From Haliotis rufescens (taxonomy: Eukaryota), in contig NW_025964112.1 of assembly GCF_023055435.1 (NCBI RefSeq), positions 56,916,001-56,980,000 on the forward strand: DNA of 64,000 nt. Reading direction: 5' to 3'. Shown piece by piece: positions 1 through 12,100 of the stretch; the first letter of the stretch is position 1, and the number at the start of each line of letters is the position of its first letter. Under the pieces are notes generated by a model that worked only from the letters and a program-made list of their open reading frames with translations, searched no databases and was not told where the DNA came from. The position numbers were made by a program, and so were the translations under genes.

Positions 1-157
1 TGCTTTACCATTATAAGTTATATTCTACAGTTAATGCCCCTTTTCTTTACACTATCAAAAATGGAATACTGGTTTTCCTACATATTGTCTTGTATTGAGG
101 ACGACATTTCTTTTAGTCTTGAAACAAAGAATTCATATATTCTGTTTTCACACTTAC

Positions 158-184
158 GTGAAGAGGAAACATATGATCGCCGTC
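158..184 (-). CDS. Micro-exon, 27 nt, (R)RRSYVSSS; last exon visible in the window
   Basis: Identical exon with intact CAG/GTAAGT; no stop reached. Confidence 0.72.
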
Positions 185-3100
185 CTGTAATAAAATTTGA
201 AGTGGTAAATGTGATAATCTTCATAGTACTGACCATAATTTAACTATAGATGACACAGCTCTTTTGATGTATATATTATTTTGGTGGTGATTCATATGTT
301 AGTTGAAGGTTTGAAATTTGGATTCCAAAAACATAGGATGTATATTAGACCAAGCTAACAATGGGAGTATTTATGTTTTATGAAATTGATGGTTTTAAGT
401 GATATTTGAAAAGATTTTATCCTTTATCTCTTGAAACAACAAGGTCAATAATATCTCTTATTGTTTGGTTCTCACACATAGTGCTAGAAACATATGATTG
501 CCGTCTTGTAAAGTAATAAAAAAGAACATTAATCATGATCTAATGCAACAATAATCAGGCCATAAATGATACCTAATTGTATGAAGGAGTTTTAGATATT
601 TGTGTTCTTTTTCATCTTCTATTGACTAAAAAACATTCGGGATTAACTCGGTACAAGTGGGAAATAGATTAATCTTACAACAATATTCATTCTGTGCATG
701 TATGGATATGAGAAGTTTGCATTGTCAAAAGATAAATTTAGTGTTGAATATATATTACATTAAACTTTATTTATGCATAAACTCTCGGGCAAAAGAAACT
801 ATACACCCATGTTTGATGGTAAGTAAAACTGGACAAACAAGAAATGGTTATTCGATGGGAAAGTATTTCGCACGGGTGTCGTAGTTATGTTTTGGATCTT
901 AAGTTTGTAGTGATTCGGCGACTGATTTAGCCTAAATACATTTTGATAACGATTGTTATTTTTTGATCAAATCAAACTTTCAAGAGTATATTTCTTGTTT
1001 GCCCGGCAATATCTTACAATCTTAATGAAATGACAAAAGCATGTTTTATGCAACATTCCCTTCATTATTATAAGCTATATTGCGCCGTTAATGTTGTTTA
1101 CTTTATACTTTCAATAATGGATTAGTGGTTTCCTAAATATTGGTTCTTTATTTAAGCAAATATCCTTTGACACTTCAAACCAAAATATATACACCCTCTT
1201 TTAACACTCACTGGAGTTGGAACGTCGACCTGTAATGCAATGTTAAGAAACAACTGTTAAACCTTCATGATACTGGCCATAATTCAACTAAACGTAAAAC
1301 AGTTCCTTTCCTGGTTTTATGTTAGGCTGTATACAAATATGGAGAATGTTTCTGATACTGGTTTCCTAAATTCATCATCCACTAAAATGAAACAAATTCT
1401 TAGCCTATAAGAGACAAATGGAAAATAGTTTAAATGTATTATAATCTTCATTCTGATGATGTGACGATATTAAAAGATTGCAATTAGTGTTACACATAAA
1501 TAATATTTGACTAATTTCTAGATGTCTACCCGAAAAGGTGTTGTCACTGTTATATACGATATTACGAAAATGACAAGAGTGACAAGTGCAAACGATGCTT
1601 TACCATTATTAATGATGTTCTACAGTTAACGCCCCTTTTCTTTACACTATCAAAAATGGAATAATGGTTTTCCTACATATTGTCTTATATTGAGGACGAC
1701 ATTTCTTTTAGTCTTGAAACAAAGAATTCATATATTCTGTTTTCACACTTACGTGAAGAGGAAACATATGATCGCCGTCCTGTAATAAAGTTTAAAGTGG
1801 TAAATGTGATAATCTTCATAGCACTGACCATAATTTTTATGTTAGGCTGTATACAAATATGGAGAATGTTTCTGATACTGGTTTCCTAAATTCATCATCC
1901 ACTAAAATGAAACAAATTCTTAGCCTATAAGAGACTAATGGAAAATAGTTTAAATGTATTATAATCTTCATTCTGATGATGTGACGATATTAAAAGATAG
2001 CAATTAGTGTTACACATAAATAATATTTGACTAATTTCTAGATGTCTACCCGAAAAGGTGTTGTCACTGTTATATACGATATTACGAAAATGACAAGAGT
2101 GACAAGCGCAAACGATGCTTTACCATTATTAATGATGTTCTACAGTTAACGCCCCTTTTCTTTACACTATCAAAAATGGAATAATGGTTTTCCTACATAT
2201 TGTCTTATATTGAGGACGACATTTCTTTTAGTCTTGAAACAAAGAATTCATATATTCTGTTTTCACACTTACGTGAAGAGGAAACATATGATCGCCGTCC
2301 TGTAATAAAGTTTAAAGTGGTAAATGTGATAATCTTCATAGCACTGACCATAATTTTTATGTTAGGCTGTATACAAATATGGAGAATGTTTCTGATACTG
2401 GTTTCCTAAATTCATCATCCACTAAAATGAAACAAATTCTTAGCCTATAAGAGACTAATGGAAAATAGTTTAAATGTATTATAATCTTCATTCTGATGAT
2501 GTGACGATATTAAAAGATAGCAATTAGTGTTACACATAAAAAATATTTGACTAATTTCTAGATGTCTACCCGAAAAGGTGTTGTCACTGTTTTATACGAT
2601 ATTATGAATATGACAAGAGTGATAAGTGCAAACGATGCTTTACCATTATAAGTTATATTCTACAGTTAATGCCCCTTTTCTTTACACTATCAAAAATGGA
2701 ATACTGGTTTTCCTACATATTGTCTTGTATTGAGGACGACATTTCTTTTAGTCTTGAAACAAAGAATTCATATATTCTGTTTTCACACTTACGTGAAGAG
2801 GAAACATATGATCGCCGTCCTGTAATAAAATTTGAAGTGGTAAATGAATGTGATAATCTTCATAGTACTGACCATAATTTAACTATAGATGACACAGCTC
2901 CTTTCATGTATATATTGTTTTGGTGGTGATTCATATGTTAGTTGAAGGTTTGAAATTTGGATTCCAATAACAGAGGATGTATATTAGACCAAGCTAACAA
3001 TGGGAGTATTTATGTTTTATGAAATTGATGCTTTTAAGTGTTATTTGAAAAGATTTTATCCTTTATCTCTTGAAACAACAAGGTCAATAATATCTCTTAT

Positions 3101-6100
3101 TGTTTGGTTCTCACACTTAGTGCTAGAAACATATGATCGCCGTCTTGTAAAGTAATAAAATAGAACATTAATCATGATCTAATGCAACAATAATCAGGCC
3201 ATAAATTATACCTAATTGTGTGAAGGATATTTAGATATTTACTACAGAAATGACAAAAAATGTGTTTTAACGCAATATTCCCTTCATTAGCATGTTACAG
3301 AGTTAATGTTGTTTACTTTACACTATGAAAAATGGAATAGTGGTTTCCTAAATATTTGTTCTTCATTAATGTAGATATCCTTTGACACTTGAAACAAAGG
3401 ATTTTTATACATCCCCTTTTCACACTTACTGGAAGAGGAACGTCGACCTGTAATGTTAAGAAGCAACTTTTAGAAATTTTAGTTTTAAATATTTACATTT
3501 TAATACTCATTCTGAGCATGTATTGATATGAGCATAATTATGTTTCATCAACGATAAGATGACATCAAATTTTATCCTCAAGTTCTGCATGTTATTATTT
3601 TATATTGTTTCGTGTGACGATTCTTTTCAATACATAATAAGAACTATGAGAGATAAGACATTACATCACTGACGACCACAAGTGCTAAAGCAAGGGAAAG
3701 AAGTTAATATCAACATTATTTAATCATAGAAAGAAGAAGCAAGTGTTTTAACACATTTGAAACTTCACAAATACCTTTTTTTGACGTAATAAACGCGCCG
3801 CTCTAAAAAGCGCCCACGGCGATATTTGCTAATATATTAGCTAGTGAACAATCCCAATTAGCATCCCTTCCGATTGATCAATGTACACAACACTTATTTA
3901 TTCGCGTAAAATACGCACTCGTGTGTTATATGCACCCTTAATTATGAGCAATTAAATTCTGGTAAAATGTATCTCTCGTATATAAACATTTCAGGCTGTC
4001 AGCATAAACCACAAAATTTATCTTTCAACCCTGGTTTATTTTCATCAAAATAATATTCTAATAAGAGCCACCTATTTCTAATTTTGAGAGCGCCCTTGGC
4101 GCTTATTACGTCGAATACGGTATCTATCAGTAATACTACTTTTCATTTACGCCACTATTACGGAAAAGGTCGAGATATTGATACATAATCATGATTATTA
4201 TAAGACAATCATCGCATTTACTTGAATCAGGATGGAAACTACGAAATTCTGAGGAAAGTAAAATGTTGTGACATATTGATGCTTTGTTCTTTCAAATAAT
4301 TTATATCATGAGACTCAGTGACGTTTTTACAGTCTTCTTATTATGTGTTTGTCAATGAATTACATCCAGGCAAAGGTGTTACCAAAACATGGATTCTTAT
4401 ATCACTCGAAACAGAAATCAGCTAATACAGATATTTTTTGCAACCACAATAAAATATGACCTTCTGAAATATATAAAAGCGTCAAAACCTCTGCAATACC
4501 TAACACAAGTGCGATAGCCTATCGGCACGTACATTACAAGACGTCACCACAGCGAAAAAGTATGAATAAAATGAAGTGGTCAAGTTATTGTCATCGTCGG
4601 TTGAACTTGTCCTTAAAGGTATGTTTATACATTTGATTGCTTGGTTTTAAGGATTTTGTTTATAAAAACAAAAACAACAACAATAAAATTAGCTTAAACA
4701 TGACAAGCGTTATTGCCTTAACTTGGGTAACTGGGAAGCCATACCACTAAAAGCAGGAAGTTATACTGACACCCCTCTTTATACACGTTTTACAAGGATT
4801 ATCAGGTTATCGTGTTACACTATGTTATGTATAAAGGCACCAATTACGTGTGTTTAAGATAAATTCATTCTACATATTCTTACGTGAAGAGGTCTGTTTA
4901 GAATCTGTAAAAATAGAAAAGGATTAAGTGAGCTGTATCGAAACCTGCATCACCACCTATATGCAAAATATGACACATAAAACTCAGTTGTTGATACACT
5001 GCATCCAGAAAATCTGTAAGAGAACAAAAAGTAAGAACTTAAAACTACTTAGGAGCGCTGCATAATGCTACTATTTCTAGAAGTCACATTTAATTTTCAT
5101 CTCAATAAGTTCAGTAGTGAGAGAGAAAAACTCTCGCCGTGTTTGCGGCTATCTTTCTAAAATCGATGTCAAGGGCGAGATCATGCATTGACACAATGTA
5201 AACATTACCGATAATTGTTTTGCATTTCAGCGTCTTGGTTCCATGATGTCTTGGTTTGTGTCCAAAAAGGATTTGATAAACCCTTCTCTGACTGATTAGT
5301 GTATAACACTGTTTCACCTTATTTGATAAGCAAAAGATGGGTACCACCGACAGTAAGAAAACTAAAAGTATGAGCCACTGGCTATTGTATTCTCTTGATA
5401 TTCTGAAGAGCCCTGTTTGTGGATTTGTATTAGTCATAACGTAATAAAAGCCTAATAAAATCAGTTAGAGGACAACGCATGCAATAACGGAATGGAATTA
5501 CAAACTACAAACAAATATCCCCAGATATATTCATGATCTCTGACGTGTTTTCTTCAAGATATAACAATAATGGGTCTAATAAACAAGAGATGATACCTAG
5601 ACATATTTTATATCCTTAAAAAACAAGAAACGCATAATAATATAAACAATGAAATTATCAAATGCTCAGCCGAAACGATACGTAGGTTTTACTGAGTAGA
5701 ATCGCCAAATGACTTACCTTTTACACTGGAAGATTTCAGCGATCTTCCTACAAGAAAATTAATGCAAAAATTATAATTCTTTTATCTATAAATATTAATA
5801 ACGCATTTGAAGATTTGACTTCTTTTTTTCAAAGATATTATATATTTCAGTTATGTGATAAATCTTAAACACAATGTTTGCATTTACAAATTAAAGCTTA
5901 TATTCTTAAAATTATACAAAAAGATTAGAAATATACTTACTTCGTGTAACTGCAAAAAGGTAAAGATACACACATTAGTATATTTGAAATATGATTATTA
6001 AAGCCTATTATAAACTAGAAACTGATAGAGGAAAATAAGATATTTTCTATTTCACAGAATTGGCGTAAATCCATTACATTTCCATTTATATATATTTATG

Positions 6101-9100
6101 GTCATAGTTCAGATTATAGCTATAAGAACGCAAGTGATGTATAGCAAGATCTATGAATGGTTAACACATTTTAATGTATAGATATAATGTAATGTATACA
6201 AACTCGTACCTTCACAGTGCACATTCTTTGACATAAGTCAAACGTTCACGCCGTTGTTGAATTAAATGGTTGTCAGAAGAAGGAGTCATTGCGGTATATT
6301 AGAATATTCAGTGTACAATGCTGCTGTAAATGCTGCTCATATCAATTTTATCGACAGACGAGGAATACTTTTGGAATCTAATAAATTCATGTTCTGAAGA
6401 AACATTCTAGACATTTCATAACAAATCCGACTCATAATTGTACACTATAGTCATAAGGAAAACGGCGCGTGTATGTATGATACATTCATGTAACAAGCAG
6501 TGGCGCTTAATTTGGACATTGGTGCACATGACGTCGCGTGTCAAGCTGCCTTTATGTTGAGGTACAAATGGTTGGTTGGTTACATGAGGTTGGTTGGTTC
6601 AGCATGTTAAGCGCGCCAAGGGCATAGACGTCTACGTGAATGTCTCGAAACGTATACCTGATGATGCAGCTTATCGGTGTCTGTCACGACTGACTATTTC
6701 GTTAGGGATGAATCTATACATTCATGAGTCCAGGTGCGTAAATGTAACATAGTGATTCTACGTAATTATATGCATTTTAACTGAAAAGCCAATGTAATAT
6801 ATATCTAACTCTGCGTCTGAAAAGAGAAAACATTGTAAACAAAGCATTAGTGTTCTTCTGAATGCGATAAAAACGAGAAATTGGGACATAGGTCTGAAAT
6901 TATCGTCCATGCGCGTGTCTCATCATTTCAAAATGATCGCAATATTGATGTGTGTAATATGTGCATTATCGTAGGAAAATGATGTTATCTCATGCCATGA
7001 CATCCAAATTGTTGAATACTTAGTTAATATATTAATCAAGGGATATGGGATTTTTTAATTAAACATCTGGATATTCCGATCTTTGAATAAGTGATTGCTT
7101 ACTTTATGTTATCATCTTTGAATATTTGTTTGCTTAGTGATAGAAATTATAGGTATGGAATATCTTTTAAGATTTGGTTTACAGACACATAAGTCTTATT
7201 CATCTACATTCGGAACATGTCGCTTCAATGTGTTTTCGAGATGGAGAAATTAATTATGCTGGTCTTAATGCAAAACCAACAGTTATCATAAAAGTTATTG
7301 AAAATTTAAAACAAAACTATTATGACGAATATAGACTAAATGACTTTACACTCTGTTCAGTGTCCTAAGTGTGTACACTCAAGCAACATTTCTGGTGTCC
7401 ATCGCCTTGATCTTGCTGAAATTGCTAAAAGTGGCTTAAGCCATACTCACTCACCCACTCAGTCACACACATAAAACAAACACCTATTAACCATCCATTT
7501 TAATGCGTACTGGGCTAAAACAAATCTTACACCTCATCTGCTTTCCCTTTCAAACTGATGTGCATCTCTATTGGTAGTGGAGAGGCATTTCACCAGAACT
7601 TGTGTACAAAACAAATATCGCTAAGCAGACTTTGAATCTTTTTCCGTTTCTTCAAATGAAAAAATATCTTAAAAAGTTAATAGGTTCTTTACAGCCCAAT
7701 TAAACACCTATATACCTTAACTCTTTTAAGAAACAGAGGGTGGTTTAGAGTTGTGTGTTTCTGAGAAATCACAACATGATGAATAAGAACATGACCACAT
7801 AGTTACATTTGTGATGGGTCTACTTTGGTAAAGGACTTACAATATTTAATTTGATGCAGTCTGGAATTACTAATTTTGCTTTCTTTTAAATTTATGTCAA
7901 GACATTTATACTCAATATGCTTGTAACACAAAAACTGTCAACTATGATTTCGTGAATCAGTGAAATATATGGGGGCTTTCCACCCCCACCCCACACCCCA
8001 CATCTCCACCCACACCTACAACCCTCCACGGCTACCTAATTTCCTTCGACGTTTTCTTTCCTTCTTGCTCTTACGCCGATTCTTGCCGCTTTTACGTCTT
8101 CTGCCTCCTCGCCTTTTACCCCTGCCTCTCCGTTTTCCGATCTTCTTGCGCTTACGCCGATTCTTGCCGCTTTTACGTCTTCTGCCTCCTCGCCTTTTAC
8201 CCCTGCCTCTCCGTTTTCCGATCTTCTTGCGCTTACGCCGATTCTTGACTCGTTTTCCTCCACGCTTACTGCTCGGGCCCCTTCTCCCTGTTTTGTTTCG
8301 TTTTCCCGTAGCCTTGGTACGTTTGCGGTTTCGTTTCTTTCTCCCTCCTTTTCGTTTTCCTCTGCTTTGACCTGTATTGTCTGAAACACACGGAAAGAAC
8401 GAATACTTATCAGTAAGGAATGCCGAAGGGAAACAGTTGTTTATGAACATATTTTAGTGGTATTACCGAGTAAAATGGTTTATGGAGTTGTCTCCCTTTC
8501 ATATCTGCCAACAGTGGTCATGGCGGTAGAGGACGCCACACAACCACCGCTAGCAAACCAACTTCGTTGCAATGCAGTTGATGTTCGAGTTTTTCCGCAA
8601 TTCAGAGGAATGAAGAAAACGTGAAGAAGTAATTCAGGTATCATCGGCTTTGGCGAAGAGTTGTTTTCACCGATAGGCCCAGCGTGTCTGGGTACAGTTA
8701 TAAGTCGAACAGATGTAAAAGTGTTTGGATGGGAATATCAAGCAGATAGGTGGAACTGTTCTACCTAAGCATGTATTCACACTAGTTTCATACATGTATG
8801 GTACTGCTTGTTATATCCCTTCCATCTAAAGGACAAGCGACAGCCGTCTCATAAAACGTCTCATAAAACCTAAGTTTCAGTATATAACCTCTTCACCAAC
8901 ATTCAAAGGAAGAATATATTGTTTTCTTCTCATATCCCTTACGGGTATATAGAGATTACGATACGGGTGTCTGTCGGAAACCGTTTTTCTTACGAGTTGT
9001 TTCAAAACGTAGCTGACGAGTGAATGCGAGTTTGATACGTTTATAAACAACGAGTTGTTAGATAAATTGTGTACGAGAGCAGTAAACTGTTTCTTACAAA

Positions 9101-12100
9101 TCATAAAATCGCACAATTTTAGCATCGATTAGATGCATATTTGATCTATTCGCATAATGGCAGTGGCGCATTAATATATAACACAACGGTCACATGTGAC
9201 GTCATCCGTCTTACTGCTCACTTGGTCTGATGTGTCTGTCACATTAAATATTGGTTAAACGGACCGCCGTCGAATTCGATCTATCTTCCATACGATGCTT
9301 TGAAATAATGTGTTTTAGTGTATACTTCAGTGCGGAAGAGAAGTTGAGAAAAGTGATATTTTCACTGCAGTGAACATAACACTTTGACGGAAACCAACCC
9401 CTCTTTGCTGTATTTTTTTTTAATTTTCTGTATATAATCGTAATAATAGTCCATTTATATGGCGCTGTACTCCATGCATAAGCTTGCTCCAAATACTTAG
9501 ACATTGTTACCCCGGTCAGTGGATCAGTGTGTACACGATATTCATTCTTAGCTCCCTTGGGGGGTATACAACCCAAGCTGCCCGTGAGGCGCTAGAAGGT
9601 TAACAGTCATAGCCATCTCATCCTACCGGGTACCCATTCCCTGCTGGGTGAACAGAGGCCTATTACGAGCAAAGTCATTTTCCTAAGGTGACACCACATG
9701 TTCTACATGTGCTTTTGTGGGGGGGCTGGAGTACATACGCCTAACCAGATTGGTTACACATGCTGAGAAGAGATTCTGAAATTGCCGAGCATTTTGTTAT
9801 TTGTCGTTTGTTGTATGACGCCGCACTCAGCAATATTCCATCTACGTAACGACGGCCTGGAATTAATCGAATCTGGACATGAAAATTCAGTGAATGATAA
9901 TATGCACAACGTCATTTGCGGTCGGAGTACGATGACAGGCAGTCAACGATCACCGATCGCTGACCATGCGATCCTTTTAATCGCTGCTTACGGCCAGCAT
10001 AGGTGGTCCTATTCTAACCCGGAATCCCCGAAGGGATGGTAGGGGGTTGGTTTGGGTGATCGCGAGTAATAGTCTAGATAACGATGCTTTCAAAGCAATG
10101 ATTTGATACAGAACTGATCTAAAGTTTCAGATCTATTCTTACAGTGAGTGAGTTGGATTTAACGCCGCTTTTAACAGTATTCCAGTTATATCACGGCGTG
10201 TCAGCTTAATGTGGGAGGAAAGCCCGGAGTGATGCAGGTCTCAGACGTTTACCATTTCGGCGAAACATAATCGGGGCGAACCGGGATTCGAACTCACAAT
10301 CATAGGGTTCTGGCGTCCCCAAGGGACGCAACTCTGCACAGCGAATCGCTGCGCCTTAGTCGACTGGGCCACCCGTGCCCCCTTTTATTCTTAGAATGTG
10401 TGTAAACGTGAAGGGATGTACGAAAAGGCGGGTCTCAGTTGAGCTAAACATTAATAACTCAAGAATAGTAATAAAACTATTTTAATGACCATAAGAAATA
10501 TTGCCTGAAAGCAAAGGTCATTGTCCGATTCCGACTGTAATACTAGTAGATAGTAAAAAGAATGTTTTCATTAATCACTATCAAATAGTGATGAAATCAG
10601 GTGTTCGCCGAAAGGTGGGCGTTTCCTACCACACCATTGGCACCCGTCACAAACACACGTAAAGGCAAGTCAGCAAACACGGGAACACGTGGTACAAGTT
10701 GAAGTAGGGAATTGCATCGGACATAAGTTTGGTCACTGATGCGTCAAATTTGGAAATGGCCTTCACTTGTCTACCTTAAAACTTTTCGAAAGCTTTACTA
10801 AGGCCTGGAATGCTGTAGCCCTGATCAAAAAACATTTTAACACGAATTTTTGAATTATTCGTAGAAAGAGAAAATATACCTTTTCGATTTCCAGAAGCAG
10901 TCTTACTACGCTGAGCTCCAGCTGAAAATAATAAGCGTAATTTATTGAAATAGTCATATCATAATAGAATGTTCCCAGAACTAAAAAAGTGTGTATCAAC
11001 TGACGCATATCTCCAAACAGCATAAACCATTTCCACAACTTAAGTAGCCATTTGTATTTAATCAGAATACCCAACCATGTGGATCTTTTATTGGCATTTA
11101 GAAGTTAGATGAACATGAATACATGACACTTTTTATAATCTAAAGACAAAAGCCAGCATCTTCGTACCCAGCGTATACTCTACTGTGGTTTAACCATATC
11201 ATTAACCGCAAGTGGACATCTTGATTGTCTTATTGTTATGCTGTCACCACAGTCAGCTCTTTGTCATCACACTCAGCCCAATTACTACACCTTCATTGTA
11301 CTTAATTCGCTTCTCTCCCTTTAATACCCTTGGGTTCCGCGTTTAGTATTATATACTACAGTGAGGAAGACTGTGTTTGAGAAAAGTTATATTTTCACTG
11401 CAGTGAACATACCACTTGATATTTCACTGCAGTAAAAAATAACAATTTGACAGAACTATTGTCATACAAGAGTTACCTCCCCGCAAATTGTCTCCCTTTA
11501 TCGTAAGTGTTTGGCAAGTACACAAACTGTTGGCTTCTTTTTAAAGTTAGTTCAACAATGACAAGGGAAAATAAATGACATTTATAGAGTTAATATTTTC
11601 TGTTTTGTTATTTTCTTGAAAATGTTTCGATATAAACTAAATTTCTCATGTAACTCGTCAATCGAGACTGTTCGTTTCGCAAAGCGCCATTTCTGTTACT
11701 TGAACAGCCGTGTCGTTGCCACTTGTGAAAATATCTCCTTTCCCTCGTCACTCCATGAGAAAAAACATGATATTTCACTCGACACTGATTTAACATCTAT
11801 ATCTTTGTGCCGTATCAAACTTGTATGAACATGTCAGTTTGTATATATATGTTAACTCAAACGCTTACTCAGTATTAATCTGATTAAGTGGCAGGAAGAA
11901 ACGTCGTTACAGAGAATAAAGAAGTTTTTATCAATACCAAAAAGTGTCATGTATTCAAATATAGTTGTCGAAACATGTTAAAGTAATCCCTATTTTGATT
12001 GTATATAAATCAGACGGGATGTGAGTTGAAATGGGGATTAACGTTGAGTTCTCTCTCGCGTTCTCTAAGTAAAACCTGTTTTAATAAAACAAGAGGTTTC

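Larger units (their letters stand above)
1..3470. repeat. Tandem array of intron+micro-exon cassettes (520-bp near-identical period nested in a ~2635-bp period)
   Basis: Exon copies at 1753/2273/2793 are spaced 520 bp; 1-600 matches 2636-3240; 1026-1260 matches 3247-3470. Confidence 0.9.

Noticed and set aside
34-2929. Repeated plus-strand ORFs (…EEETYDRRPVIKF…)
   Set aside because: They are the antisense of the intron+micro-exon cassettes; the splice signals point to the minus strand
6210-6393. 184-nt candidate exon with AG/GT boundaries
   Set aside because: Stop codons in all three frames
6810-6816. 7-nt candidate micro-exon behind a strong acceptor
   Set aside because: Not a multiple of 3 and the donor is weak; it would break the frame, so it was left out of the model
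7960-8389. ORFs 7960-8370 (+) and 8036-8389 (-)
   Set aside because: Shadow frames of the K/R exon; only the K/R frame matches the phase-1 acceptor
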